The translations under genes and the position numbers were made by a program. Below the pieces are notes generated by a model. It was not told the origin of the DNA. It saw only the letters and a program-made list of their open reading frames with translations, and did no database searches. A DNA stretch of 36,317 nucleotides from a virus (taxonomy: Duplodnaviria; Caudoviricetes): positions 1 through 36,317 of IMG/VR virus record IMGVR_UViG_3300022936_000021. One strand, written 5' to 3'. Of the stretch, positions 15,242-25,174 are shown in pieces. Numbering within the stretch: position 1 is the first letter of the stretch; every line of letters starts with the position of its first letter.

Positions 15242-15340
15242 ATGCCTAAATCAAAGTTATCTAAGATTAAGCTATACTTCGAGAATGATAAGAGCATCCG
15301 AGATATTAAAAGAGAGATAAGAGAACGTTGCTATGAATAA
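15242..15340 (+). CDS. 32-aa hypothetical protein
   Basis: AAGGA SD; fills gap. Confidence 0.45.
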   Translation: MPKSKLSKIKLYFENDKSIRDIKREIRERCYE

Positions 15341-15458
15341 ATCAGACAAGAGACTTATGTGGACTATAGTAGTAGTTTCGTTAGTTATTTTCTCAGTATT
15401 TGCAGGGCTACTAGCAGTATCATTTATTGAGATTGCAGAGATGCAGAGAGGGCTGTGA
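15333..15458 (+). CDS. 41-aa single-TM protein
   Basis: LMWTIVVVSLVIFSVFAGLLAVSFI. Confidence 0.55.
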   Translation: MNKSDKRLMWTIVVVSLVIFSVFAGLLAVSFIEIAEMQRGL

Positions 15459-15667
15459 TGAGCTATAAGATAAAGGTAGTAAAGCAATATAAAGGTTTTT
15501 GGAAGAACATATGGCAATATGGATTCAGATGGTTTTTACAAAATGACACAGGAGGATTAGTAGATGCTGGCTCTAACTCTACTATCTGGGGAGCAAAGCG
15601 TAGTGCTAATAAGGCTCTTGAAACAGCCAAGTATGCTCCTAAGACTGTTTACGAGGAATCTAAATAA
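15458..15667 (+). CDS. Hypothetical protein
   Basis: TGATG coupling. Confidence 0.65.
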   Translation: MSYKIKVVKQYKGFWKNIWQYGFRWFLQNDTGGLVDAGSNSTIWGAKRSANKALETAKYAPKTVYEESK

Positions 15668-15852
15668 TGAACGATAAAGATATTACTATATTGATTAAAG
15701 ATACTGGGGACGATGAGCTTAATGCTATTCAGTTATTTGCTCTTGTGTTCAGAGATCTAGAAACAGAAGCTAAATGGCGTGTATTGGACTACGCAACAAA
15801 GAAGTTACGCGCACAAACTTACGGTAGTGAATATGTAGGGAAAGGTGAGTAA
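15667..15852 (+). CDS. Hypothetical protein
   Basis: Coupled ORF. Confidence 0.65.
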   Translation: MNDKDITILIKDTGDDELNAIQLFALVFRDLETEAKWRVLDYATKKLRAQTYGSEYVGKGE

Positions 15853-16328
15853 TGGATAACCTAACACAATCAGCAATAGACATAGCAAGCTTAGTGCATA
15901 AAGGAGAATTATTAATTCCTAATAATATAAATGAAAGCATGACAGACAAAGAGATTTTAGAACAAGCGATACAGAAGGCAATTGATGGTGGATTCACCCA
16001 AAGTAAGTATTTTTATATAGGTATTCCTCCAAAGGTATCAGTATGGATGGGAGGCGAAGGGAAATTATCAGTTTCGCAAGCGTTCTCTTCTGTTCCATCA
16101 AGCTTACGAGTAGTATTTAATTCTGGTATATCTATACATGAATATCCAATTGAAGCATTAATTTTCGATCATGACTTCGCTAAATGTTTATGGGGCGATT
16201 ACAATACCGACTACCTTCTTTATTACCAGTTTACAGCTATTGAACCGCACCTATTAGCATGGCAATACCACCTCCAACAAATGGTAATAGCCGAAGACCC
16301 AATAAAGTATTTAGGAGAAAATATCTAA
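15852..16328 (+). CDS. Conserved phage hypothetical protein
   Basis: EILEQAIQKAIDGG..IFDHDFAKCLWG..WQYHLQQMV..EDPIKYL. Confidence 0.75.
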   Translation: MDNLTQSAIDIASLVHKGELLIPNNINESMTDKEILEQAIQKAIDGGFTQSKYFYIGIPPKVSVWMGGEGKLSVSQAFSSVPSSLRVVFNSGISIHEYPIEALIFDHDFAKCLWGDYNTDYLLYYQFTAIEPHLLAWQYHLQQMVIAEDPIKYLGENI

Positions 16329-16480
16329 TGAAACCCAACGATGAATCAAACTTTGTAATTGAAATTACACCCCAATTGCACGATAGGATTAAATACGAAA
16401 TTGGCGATGCTTATATGGATATCTACCAACTACACTATTCACCTTATTGGAAAATGATGAACGATGAGTCAACTAATTAG
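16328..16480 (+). CDS. Hypothetical protein
   Basis: AGGAG SD, TAATG coupling. Confidence 0.55.
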   Translation: MKPNDESNFVIEITPQLHDRIKYEIGDAYMDIYQLHYSPYWKMMNDESTN

Positions 16481-16530
16481 TAATCGAGCACCTATATGGT
16501 GTTCCTTTGTTTTTATGGTAATATAGCGAT

Positions 16531-16920
16531 ATGAAAGCCAATACAGAGCAATTGGAACAAACTAGAGATGAAAAGGGACGTATTACAGGCGGCACTCCTC
16601 CTGCTGGCTTTAATGCTCACCCTGAGAATCGACACAACGGTGCATGGAAGAAAGAAGATACCCCACGCTTTAAGCTTGAACAGATGATGAAACTATCTGA
16701 GCCTGAATTAACAGATGTAATAGATGATATTGCAGCACCCCTCTTTGAACGTAAGCTAGCGAGCGCTATACGAGACGGTAATTGGTTAGTAGTCCGGGAA
16801 ATGATTGACCAGGTTTACGGCAAGGCTAAAGAAAGCGTAGACGTTACCACACAAGGTGAGAGTATTAACCCTTATTCAGCTCTTAGTACGGAAGAGTTGA
16901 GAAAGTTAGCAGGTAAGTGA
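16531..16920 (+). CDS. terS: Terminase small subunit
   Basis: RDEKGR..; MIDQVYGKAKESVDVTTQGESINPYSALSTEELRKLA; upstream of terL; leaderless TGgTAATAT promoter. Confidence 0.75.
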   Translation: MKANTEQLEQTRDEKGRITGGTPPAGFNAHPENRHNGAWKKEDTPRFKLEQMMKLSEPELTDVIDDIAAPLFERKLASAIRDGNWLVVREMIDQVYGKAKESVDVTTQGESINPYSALSTEELRKLAGK

Positions 16921-17204
16921 TGAAGTTTATTAGTAAGCTAGGTAAGAGAACATTTATACGCTTTGGCAGGTTCAATATTACATTGATGAACCACCACGCT
17001 AATTATGAAATGAAAGCTATTGATAATTATTACCACTTGTCTTTACCCTTCAATCCTTTAAACAAAAGACTATACGGATTCTATAAGTCACCAGACGGTA
17101 CTCCAAGCGGTGCGACATACTATCGACCTAAGAGAGATTGGGGTCTTATAGAGCCTCAAGACACTTCGTACAGGAAGTTAGTAGATGATACCTCCCGAAG
17201 TTAA
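16920..17204 (+). CDS. Hypothetical protein inserted between terS and terL
   Basis: TGATG coupling. Confidence 0.65.
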   Translation: MKFISKLGKRTFIRFGRFNITLMNHHANYEMKAIDNYYHLSLPFNPLNKRLYGFYKSPDGTPSGATYYRPKRDWGLIEPQDTSYRKLVDDTSRS

Positions 17205-17244
17205 ACAAGCCGCTAAGATAGAACTAGCTCGAAAGGAGAAGTGA
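17185..17244 (+). pseudogene. Relic duplicate of the terL 5' end
   Basis: MIPPEVKQAAKIELARKEK* versus TerL MIPEEVKHQARLELARRDF. Confidence 0.7.
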
Positions 17245-17411
17245 TGGAAGAAGATAGACTTAGAGCTATTCTTGTGACTGAGTTCGCAAAAGATATGTCA
17301 CTTGAGCAGATAAACAAAATACCAAATAAGTATGTACACAGAGTCGATAGTGTAATAGATAAAGCTGTTGAGCTTTTCATGAAGCTACAAGATGATACCA
17401 GAAGAAGTTAA
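17244..17411 (+). CDS. 55-aa hypothetical protein inserted before terL
   Basis: AAGGAG SD; ends overlapping the terL start. Confidence 0.6.
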   Translation: MEEDRLRAILVTEFAKDMSLEQINKIPNKYVHRVDSVIDKAVELFMKLQDDTRRS

Positions 17412-18795
17412 ACACCAAGCAAGGTTAGAGTTAGCTCGAAGAGACTTCTGGTCATTCGAGCAGCTTTTATATCCCGAACTATTCACCGATGAACGAAAGC
17501 TACTAAAAGAGATGGCTGAAACCTTACAAGCATTTAAAGAGGATGAAAGTAAGCACTACCTCGTAATGTCAGTCCCTCCTGGTCACTATAAGAGCTTCAC
17601 GGGTAAGAACTTCGCTATGTGGCTTATGGGTAACGACCCTAGTACTCGTATTATGGGGGTAGCTAACTCAGGCGACCTAGCATCAATGTTTTCTACGCAG
17701 ATTAGGGACACTATCCTTGGCGTTAACGTGGGGAAGGGCGGTGTACCATATCCTGAGATCTTCCCCGGTACTAAGATTAAGTATGGCTTCGCTACGAAAA
17801 GCAAGTGGGAATTAGAGGGGAGCTCAGAGCCTAGCTACCGTTCTATTACACCGGGTTCTTCTGTTACTGGTTCACGTTCTGACTGGTTTTTGATTGATGA
17901 CATTATCCGTAATTATCTACAGTCACTAAACGCCGATGAGCTACGTAAGCACTTTGACTTCTTTAAGAACACACTCTTTAGCCGTACTGACGGAGACAAT
18001 TATAAGTTTGTAATTATCATGCAGCGTTGGGCTACTAATGACCTAGCAGGTGAGATTATAAAGCTATACGGTGATGATGTGACTATGATTGACTACCAGA
18101 TCGAAAAGGAAGACGGCAGTATGCTAGAGCCTTCGATTATGAGCCGTGAGAAGTTTGAGGAAGTTAAGAAGACTCTCGACCCACGAGTGCTAAAGGCGAA
18201 CTACTACCAACAGCCCGTAGACATTGAGGGTCGTTTGTACGATGGCTTTCAAGAGTGGACTACATTACCTGATACGCCAGTTAAATATAGCAATATAGAT
18301 ATAGCAGATGAAGGGAAAGACAATGTCTGTGCGATAAACTGGTTTAAGGTTAAAACTGACGACGATATAAAAGTTTATATTACAGATATATATTATAGTT
18401 CTGAAAAGGCTGAAATTACAGAACCAGCAGTCGCAAAGATGATTACGGGTGATAAAGTGACAGAAGCAGAGTTTGAGTCTAACTTTGGCGGTAAGGGATA
18501 TGCTAGAAATGTAGAGCGTGAGATGAAGGCTTTAAACAACTTTGCTACAACTGTAGAGTGGGTTGCCCAGCACCAGAATAAAGAGGCACGTATACTTGCA
18601 TCTAGTGCATGGAACTCAAAGAATGTATTCATGCCGCCTAACTGGACAAGTAAGTACCCTGAGTTCGCTAGTGAGGTTCTAGGCTATATTGCAGGCGGTA
18701 AGAACGCACACGATGACGGCGTTGATGTTCTTGCTACGATATATGAACGAACGGCTAACTTTCAGCCAGTACAATGGGCTGCTCCTCGCTTTTAG
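17392..18795 (+). CDS. terL: Terminase large subunit
   Basis: VPPGHYKS Walker A, FLIDD Walker B, IMQRW, YYQQP, DIADEGKD, AHDDGVD nuclease motifs. Confidence 0.95.
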   Translation: MIPEEVKHQARLELARRDFWSFEQLLYPELFTDERKLLKEMAETLQAFKEDESKHYLVMSVPPGHYKSFTGKNFAMWLMGNDPSTRIMGVANSGDLASMFSTQIRDTILGVNVGKGGVPYPEIFPGTKIKYGFATKSKWELEGSSEPSYRSITPGSSVTGSRSDWFLIDDIIRNYLQSLNADELRKHFDFFKNTLFSRTDGDNYKFVIIMQRWATNDLAGEIIKLYGDDVTMIDYQIEKEDGSMLEPSIMSREKFEEVKKTLDPRVLKANYYQQPVDIEGRLYDGFQEWTTLPDTPVKYSNIDIADEGKDNVCAINWFKVKTDDDIKVYITDIYYSSEKAEITEPAVAKMITGDKVTEAEFESNFGGKGYARNVEREMKALNNFATTVEWVAQHQNKEARILASSAWNSKNVFMPPNWTSKYPEFASEVLGYIAGGKNAHDDGVDVLATIYERTANFQPVQWAAPRF

Positions 18796-18848
18796 CTATC
18801 ACACACTATCCCTATAATCAGGAATATAACGAAGAACGAGGAAGTTCA

Positions 18849-19166
18849 ATGAAAGAAATGAAAATTGACCAGGGCGAGATTGTAGAGATTCTTGTAGAAG
18901 ATACCCTTGCAGTTACAGCTCAAATCCTAGTAAGCCCAGCGATTGATGAGCAAGCAATCATAGAGAAGTCTGCCGCATTCACAGACGGTAGTGCTCAGAT
19001 TACTTTGGTTAACGAAGACACGGACAAAGAGCCGGGTGATTACGTATACCAAATCCGCCTTTACGATGAGGATGGTGAGTATATCGTACTAAGTGGTGAT
19101 TGTGAGACTGGCGATTGCTCAGTAGCTTCATTTATCATTTGCCCTGTTATCCCAGAGGGCAGCTAA
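18849..19166 (+). CDS. BppU-N-like adaptor protein
   Basis: IDQGE..ITL..EDT..PGDYVYQIRL. Confidence 0.55.
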   Translation: MKEMKIDQGEIVEILVEDTLAVTAQILVSPAIDEQAIIEKSAAFTDGSAQITLVNEDTDKEPGDYVYQIRLYDEDGEYIVLSGDCETGDCSVASFIICPVIPEGS

Positions 19167-20716
19167 TGGCGTACGTTATCCGAGTAAATCGAAACACTAA
19201 CTCCTATTCAGTGAGGCGTATTGTTCGTAAGGTAGTTGTTAATCGTGTAGGTAAGGCTGGTAAAGCCGCAACAATAGCAGTCGGTACTACCTCAACGCTT
19301 CCTGCTGGTTCGAGTGCAACCGTAAACAACACAGGTACATCTAACGCGGCTGTACTTAACTTTGGTATTCCAAAAGGTGATAAGGGTGACCAAGGCGACC
19401 CAGCTACAAATCTTGTCCAATCAGTCAACGGAAAACAAGGTGTAGTAGTACTCACAGCTACAGACGTAGGCGCAGATACAGCTGGAAGTGCTTCACAGGC
19501 TCTCTCACAGGCTAATGAGTACATAGACGAACAAATAGGCGACTTAGCGACCGTAGCTTCTACAGGCTCTTACAATGACCTGGAAGATAAGCCTACAATA
19601 CCAGTTGTTGACTATCCTGTTACAAGCGTAAACGGCCGAACAGGTGCAGTGACGGGTCTTGCTGAAAAAGCAGAACTTGACATGGTTGAGAACGAACTAT
19701 TCCAAGACCTAACAGACGGTGACGTCGCTACTCTAGCTTCTGCTAATTCATACACAAACGTAGGGCTTGCGACTAAGGCAGATGCCGCTGCTACTCAAAC
19801 GGCTTTGAATGGTAAACAAGATAATATCTCTCTTCCTCAATTTAGTGTATTAGCTAGAGCAACATCAGGAACTGGTGCTCCTACTGGTGGGATTACATAC
19901 TCAGCGGCCGCTTCTGCTTCAACGCTAGCTCAAAGAACATCTGCAGGAGCCTTGAATACCGCAACGCCAGTTGATGGCACTAACGCAACTACCAAGGCTT
20001 ATGTGGATGCAGCAGACGCTCTAAAGGCAGATTTTCCAACTATCAATACCCGTGTACCTGTTAGGGGTAGCTCTGGGAATCAGTCTTCAATTGCTTACTC
20101 TGCATCAGCCACTGGAGACAGTCTTGTCACGCGAACTACTCTCGGTGAAGTCGCGACTGCAACACCAACTATAGCTTCTGCGGCTGTACCGTTGTCTTAC
20201 TTAGAGAGTCGCATTCGCCAAGGTACTGGCTTCCCCAATGGTGTAGTATCTGCTCCTGTTGGCTCTATCTATATAGACACAGCAGTAACAAACGGGGCAA
20301 GCTCTTGGATTAAGAAGAGTGGTACGGGTAATAGTGGGTGGTCAGTATTAGAGGGAAAAATAAGCTACCTCGTTCCTATAGCAAGCTATCTAAGCGGATG
20401 GGAGGCCGTGTCCGGACGAAGGATAAGGATGACACGAGAAGGGGATATGGTCACTCTTTCAATACCTAGGTATTCACTCACCGGTGTAAACGCTACAGCA
20501 AACAACTTCTATCAACCACCTAGCGGATTTGTTTCAGCTTCTGACCTTAACGAAATGTATCTTGGAGCCGTAGCAACAGGTAGTGCAGCTTTAAATTCGT
20601 CTGGAGCTGTAGGTAGGGCTAGCGGTGGAGTATTACTTAGCCCTCAGAGGGTTGAGATTTCGGGAAGCATATCTTACCCTACTAATGACTCATGGCCAAC
20701 AACAATACCCGTTTAA
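19166..20716 (+). CDS. Fibre/spike protein
   Basis: Short collagen (KGDKGDQGD), SVNG repeats, ATTKAYVD, GTGFPNGVVSAPVGSIYID motif. Confidence 0.8.
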   Translation: MAYVIRVNRNTNSYSVRRIVRKVVVNRVGKAGKAATIAVGTTSTLPAGSSATVNNTGTSNAAVLNFGIPKGDKGDQGDPATNLVQSVNGKQGVVVLTATDVGADTAGSASQALSQANEYIDEQIGDLATVASTGSYNDLEDKPTIPVVDYPVTSVNGRTGAVTGLAEKAELDMVENELFQDLTDGDVATLASANSYTNVGLATKADAAATQTALNGKQDNISLPQFSVLARATSGTGAPTGGITYSAAASASTLAQRTSAGALNTATPVDGTNATTKAYVDAADALKADFPTINTRVPVRGSSGNQSSIAYSASATGDSLVTRTTLGEVATATPTIASAAVPLSYLESRIRQGTGFPNGVVSAPVGSIYIDTAVTNGASSWIKKSGTGNSGWSVLEGKISYLVPIASYLSGWEAVSGRRIRMTREGDMVTLSIPRYSLTGVNATANNFYQPPSGFVSASDLNEMYLGAVATGSAALNSSGAVGRASGGVLLSPQRVEISGSISYPTNDSWPTTIPV

Positions 20717-20728
20717 TAAAGGAATACT

Positions 20729-20965
20729 ATGAATATACAACTACCAGAACCAACATTTGACACAGAAACTTACGAACTACGTCGCAATGAAGATAATTCA
20801 ATTACTCGTATCGAGGGTAAAGTTGAAAATGATGAACCTAATCACGAATATAACATTGGCTTTCACTTGCAAGTCTTAGCTAACTCTCAGGCGCAACTTG
20901 AGAAGCTAAAGGCTTTCGAGCTTGAGAACCCACCTGTTGAGATTGAAGAGCCACAACAGTCCTAA
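20729..20965 (+). CDS. Small acidic protein, possible fibre chaperone
   Basis: AAGGA SD; directly after the fibre gene. Confidence 0.6.
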   Translation: MNIQLPEPTFDTETYELRRNEDNSITRIEGKVENDEPNHEYNIGFHLQVLANSQAQLEKLKAFELENPPVEIEEPQQS

Positions 20966-21021
20966 TTTGCGCTAATCAGAGCCTAAAAGATACAATAGTC
21001 ACTAATGAAAGAGAATAACAA

Positions 21022-23118
21022 ATGAAAGATAACTGGTTCAATAGGACATTCCGGACTAAGGCGTTAGCCCAATCTGCTGAAGACAAGTGGGGCTGGACTA
21101 AAGTTTATAGTGGCGATAGTATCTATGGTGAGTTTAAAGGCGGAGATTACGAAAACGCTTACCCATCTGTAACTAAGATTACTAACAAGATTATGGAAGT
21201 TAAGCCATACTCTGTTAATGACCAAGGTGATAAGATCGAAAACCCTACGGTTCTTGACCTAGCACTTGCTCGACCTAACGACCGAAACTCACCTGTAGAG
21301 TTCCGTGAAGCTTTGGGGCTAATGTACCTTGTACACCCTAAGTCCCATATTCTTGTGTATCGTAAACAGGGAGGCAACATTGTACCAGGCGGAAAGATTA
21401 CACCAAATAATATTGGTGGTTTCGCTTTTCTCGAGAACCCAGTCGTTACGACTATTAACGGAATTACTACTTACCAAGTAAATACAAGTTCAGGTGAGAG
21501 CCGTACCTACACAGACATGGAAGTTATTACGCTCCGTGGGCTTAACCCGTACGCCATTAACTCGGGTGGATACTCTCCTACTCTAGCCGCTAAACGCTGG
21601 ACTACGATTGATGATTACATTGCTAACTACCAGCAAGGCTTCTTCAAGAACGGGGCTATTCCAGCCGGTGAGTTCGTTATTACAGCCCCTACTCAAGAAG
21701 AGTTCAACAACATCGTTGACGCAATGCAAGCTAAACACCGTGGCTCAGGCAAAAACAATAACATCGTTTATAACTACCAGCCTATTGACCCCACTACAGG
21801 CAAACCAGCTCAGGCAGGTATTACGTGGACACCTTACGCACAGTCTAACAGCCAGCTAAGTCTCCAAGAGCTATTCGACCAAGCTAATAAGAAGATTGAC
21901 TCAGCGTTCGGTGTTCCGGCATCAGTTCGTGGTGTTGGCGAGAACAACAACTTTGCTACAGCCCGAACAGACCAGCAGAACTTCATGGAGAACGTCGTAC
22001 AGCCTACTCTTACTAAGATTTGGTCAGGATTCACACACGAACTTAACCGTATTACTGGTGGCTTAGGATATGCTCTAGAATACGACCTAGAGATTCCTGC
22101 ACTCGCTGACGAGGAAAAGGTCATTGAAGAGAAAGATAAGATTCGTGACGATCGTATCCAAGTATGGCTTGATAAGGGTTACACAATGTCCTCTATTAAA
22201 GAATACCTAGAAACTGGTGACGTGCTTGAACTCAAGAAAGATACTACACAAGTAGTCGTAACAACTCCCGAGGCAGCGACACGCACAAACCCAAAAGCTG
22301 AGATTAGGGATGAAAACGTAGAATACGACGTAGAACGTATCGAGGCAGAGCTTGTACCGTACGAGAACGACATAGCATCAGTTCTTACTAAGAAGATTGA
22401 AGAGCAGGTAAAGAATGCCCTCATGGAAGATGCTATTAGTGATGATGACATGACCGATGAGATTGTCGCTATCATTATCCTTCTAATGGCTCTTAGAGGC
22501 ACAGAGGCATACTCTGAGGGGACTTTACTCGCATTACAGGCTGGCATATCAATTGAAGACATTACAAGCTACAGCCCTGATTTCACCGATGCAGACCGAA
22601 AAGAGCTTAAAGAATATATCCAAGGCTTTAACGAGCAAACAGTAAAAGATATTTCAGATATTAAAGCTAATAACGACGAAGCAGTCATCAATACATTACT
22701 AGCAGGGTACATTGCTACTCAAGCATTCAGGATAGAACGATTTGCACAGAACGAGGCGTGGAAAGCTAGCGAGAAATCTAGCGACCAAGCCTACAAGAAA
22801 CTAGATGGAGAAATTAGCGGCTATTTTACTAAGCGGTGGATAATTCAACCAGGTGCATGTCCGCTATGTACACCTATGGCTAATGAGACAGTACGTGTAA
22901 CGGCTAAGTTCTCAAACGGCTTAGATTACCCACCAGTTCACGTTGCTTGCCGCTGTACTATTAAGCGTGAAGTTGTGAAGATGGACGCTAATATGTCTAT
23001 TAAAGAGATACATTGCGGAGATTGCGATCGATTCCTAGGCGAAACAGCGAAGTCAACTTACAATGATAAGTTGAAGTGCGGTACGTGTAAGGCTCTAGCA
23101 GTACCAGTAATCAAATAA
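21022..23118 (+). CDS. HK97-type portal fused to MuF/SPP1-gp7-like domain and C-terminal Zn ribbon
   Basis: RPN, FFKNGAIPAG, AFGVP..G, NFAT; CPLC..PPVHVACRC; CGDC..CGTC. Confidence 0.9.
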   Translation: MKDNWFNRTFRTKALAQSAEDKWGWTKVYSGDSIYGEFKGGDYENAYPSVTKITNKIMEVKPYSVNDQGDKIENPTVLDLALARPNDRNSPVEFREALGLMYLVHPKSHILVYRKQGGNIVPGGKITPNNIGGFAFLENPVVTTINGITTYQVNTSSGESRTYTDMEVITLRGLNPYAINSGGYSPTLAAKRWTTIDDYIANYQQGFFKNGAIPAGEFVITAPTQEEFNNIVDAMQAKHRGSGKNNNIVYNYQPIDPTTGKPAQAGITWTPYAQSNSQLSLQELFDQANKKIDSAFGVPASVRGVGENNNFATARTDQQNFMENVVQPTLTKIWSGFTHELNRITGGLGYALEYDLEIPALADEEKVIEEKDKIRDDRIQVWLDKGYTMSSIKEYLETGDVLELKKDTTQVVVTTPEAATRTNPKAEIRDENVEYDVERIEAELVPYENDIASVLTKKIEEQVKNALMEDAISDDDMTDEIVAIIILLMALRGTEAYSEGTLLALQAGISIEDITSYSPDFTDADRKELKEYIQGFNEQTVKDISDIKANNDEAVINTLLAGYIATQAFRIERFAQNEAWKASEKSSDQAYKKLDGEISGYFTKRWIIQPGACPLCTPMANETVRVTAKFSNGLDYPPVHVACRCTIKREVVKMDANMSIKEIHCGDCDRFLGETAKSTYNDKLKCGTCKALAVPVIK

Positions 23119-23147
23119 TTGCTACTCTCACATATTACCCAGATAAT
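23119..23147 (+). promoter_or_regulatory. Late-type promoter
   Basis: TTGCTA-CTCTCAC...CA-GATAAT with 17-nt spacer; repeated at 27381 and 34486. Confidence 0.65.
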
Positions 23148-23229
23148 AAAATCAGAACTTATACAACCACATAAGCTCATCCAAGGGCGTGCGAGTGCGG
23201 TTCGATACATTAAAAGTAAAGGAAGTGCT

Positions 23230-25152
23230 ATGAAGAAACCATTCATGCAACTTGCGAAAGACGGAACTCACGAGATTATCGTAGAGGGTGTCATTTCCGG
23301 CGAACTATGGTGGGGTGATGAATTTACTCCTGAAATGGTACGTGCTGAACTTGCTGAGCTAAATGGTCAACCTATTCGGGTTATCATTAACAGCCCAGGC
23401 GGTGAAGTATTCGCTGGAGCAGCCATCTACAACGCATTACGTGAATACGATGGACGCAAGACTGTAAGAATTGACGGAATAGCGGCATCAATGGCAAGTG
23501 TTATTGCCATGGTAGGTGATGAAATCATTATGAACCCCGGTTCAACGATGATGGTACACCGACCAATGGTAGGAGCTTACGGCAACGTAACTGAACTACA
23601 CAAAGCTATTGAAATGCTTGAAGCGATAGAGGAAACTATCCTACCTATCTACGAAAAGCGTACAGGACTTTCTAAAGACGAAGTGTTTGACTTACTCGAT
23701 AAGGAAACATGGATGTCCGCAGATAAGGCTGTAGAGCTAGGATTCGCAGACAAGGAGCAGGAAGAAGAACCTGTTGCATCAGCATTTGACAAGGTTAAGG
23801 CTATGCTTGGTAACGAGCAATTCGCATTCTCAATGTCAGCTGTACATAAGTCACTATCTGCATACGTAGATACAGCACCTAAGGGAGAAGCGAAAGTGGA
23901 TACCGAAGAAACTAAGACAGAAGACGTTATTACGGAAGTAGAAGCTGTCGAAGAAGTCAAAACGGTTGAAGAGACCGCGCCTGTTGAAGAAACAGAAACC
24001 GAAGTAGAAGCAGTAGCTGAAACAGAGGAAACAGTTGAGGAAGTGACCACTCCAGAGGCTGAAACTAAAGAGGTCGTAAAGGAAATTAAAATGACAAAAC
24101 CTACTGCAGCTGAAATGGTTGTTCCTGTAGCTAAAGTTGAGGAAGCAACAGCTAAAAGCGACGCTGTCTCACACGCTGATTACAAGCGATCATTCGTTAA
24201 CATGCTCTCTGCAGCATACAACGGTGAAAAAGAAGTAGCATCTGCTAAGGCTGAAGAGCTTAAAGCACAAATGGTTATTAACGGAACTACTGGTAGCGAA
24301 CTACTCGGTGGTGAAGTATTGGCACGAGACATCCGCCAGGCTTACGAGCTTACTGGTCGTGTTGGTAGCCTTGTTAATCGTATCGACATCGAAGGTGCTG
24401 AAACATTCAAGCAACTTGTTGAGTCTGCTGGTGCTGGATTCCGTCCTGTTGCCCTCGGTGGTACTAAGCAAGAAGACCAGCCTGTCTGGACACCTGTAAC
24501 ATTCGAGCCTAAGGAATGGGCACTTATCGTTGCATGGCTTGATGGTGTACAAAAGCGCTCACCTATCGCAATCTACGACCAAATTGTTCGTTACATTGCA
24601 CGTGAATATGCTAAGCTTGAAGACCGCATTGTTCTTACCTACGCAGGTGGTACAGTTGGTGGCGAAACATTCGCAGCGACTGGTCTTGTTCCAGCACTCG
24701 AAACCGCTGGCCGTGTTACTCCAGTAGCAAGCTACACAAGCGAAGACATCCTTCCAGCTATCGGTGCAGCTTACGGCTCAATCGAAAGCGACGAAGGTAT
24801 CGTTATGGTTGCTAACCGTGGTACTTGGGGTGCTCTTGCAACTGCTATCGATGCAAACGGTCTAGCAGTATTCACTACTGTTGGTGAGCAAGTTGCTGCC
24901 GGTGCACTTGGAACATTCCGTGTTGTTCTCTCAAACGAGCTAGAAGACGGTCAGGTTGTTGTTGGTAACTTCAACGACTACACCATCGTTACTCGTGGCG
25001 GTCTTTCAACACTCTTTAGCCGTGAAGCTACTGTAGGATCACTCAACCTGTTCACAAACGACGCAAGCGCACTCCGTGCTGACGTTGACATCACAGGTGG
25101 ACCAGTTCTACTTACAAGCTTCCAGCTACTTGAATTTCCATCAGCATCTTAA
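23230..25152 (+). CDS. ClpP-type prohead protease - acidic linker - major capsid protein fusion
   Basis: INSPGG, GIAASMAS, MMVHRP, ETWMSA..A.ELGFAD; Glu/Thr linker; HK97-fold C-terminus (VVGNF..Y, ALRA..D). Confidence 0.9.
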   Translation: MKKPFMQLAKDGTHEIIVEGVISGELWWGDEFTPEMVRAELAELNGQPIRVIINSPGGEVFAGAAIYNALREYDGRKTVRIDGIAASMASVIAMVGDEIIMNPGSTMMVHRPMVGAYGNVTELHKAIEMLEAIEETILPIYEKRTGLSKDEVFDLLDKETWMSADKAVELGFADKEQEEEPVASAFDKVKAMLGNEQFAFSMSAVHKSLSAYVDTAPKGEAKVDTEETKTEDVITEVEAVEEVKTVEETAPVEETETEVEAVAETEETVEEVTTPEAETKEVVKEIKMTKPTAAEMVVPVAKVEEATAKSDAVSHADYKRSFVNMLSAAYNGEKEVASAKAEELKAQMVINGTTGSELLGGEVLARDIRQAYELTGRVGSLVNRIDIEGAETFKQLVESAGAGFRPVALGGTKQEDQPVWTPVTFEPKEWALIVAWLDGVQKRSPIAIYDQIVRYIAREYAKLEDRIVLTYAGGTVGGETFAATGLVPALETAGRVTPVASYTSEDILPAIGAAYGSIESDEGIVMVANRGTWGALATAIDANGLAVFTTVGEQVAAGALGTFRVVLSNELEDGQVVVGNFNDYTIVTRGGLSTLFSREATVGSLNLFTNDASALRADVDITGGPVLLTSFQLLEFPSAS

Positions 25153-25174
25153 TTAAAGGTAAAGGGGTCATCCT

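Noticed and set aside
23119-23229. N-terminal extension of the capsid ORF from TTG 23119 (likewise 27381)
   Set aside because: These TTGs are the -35 boxes of the late promoter motif; SD-led ATGs lie at 23230 and 27453
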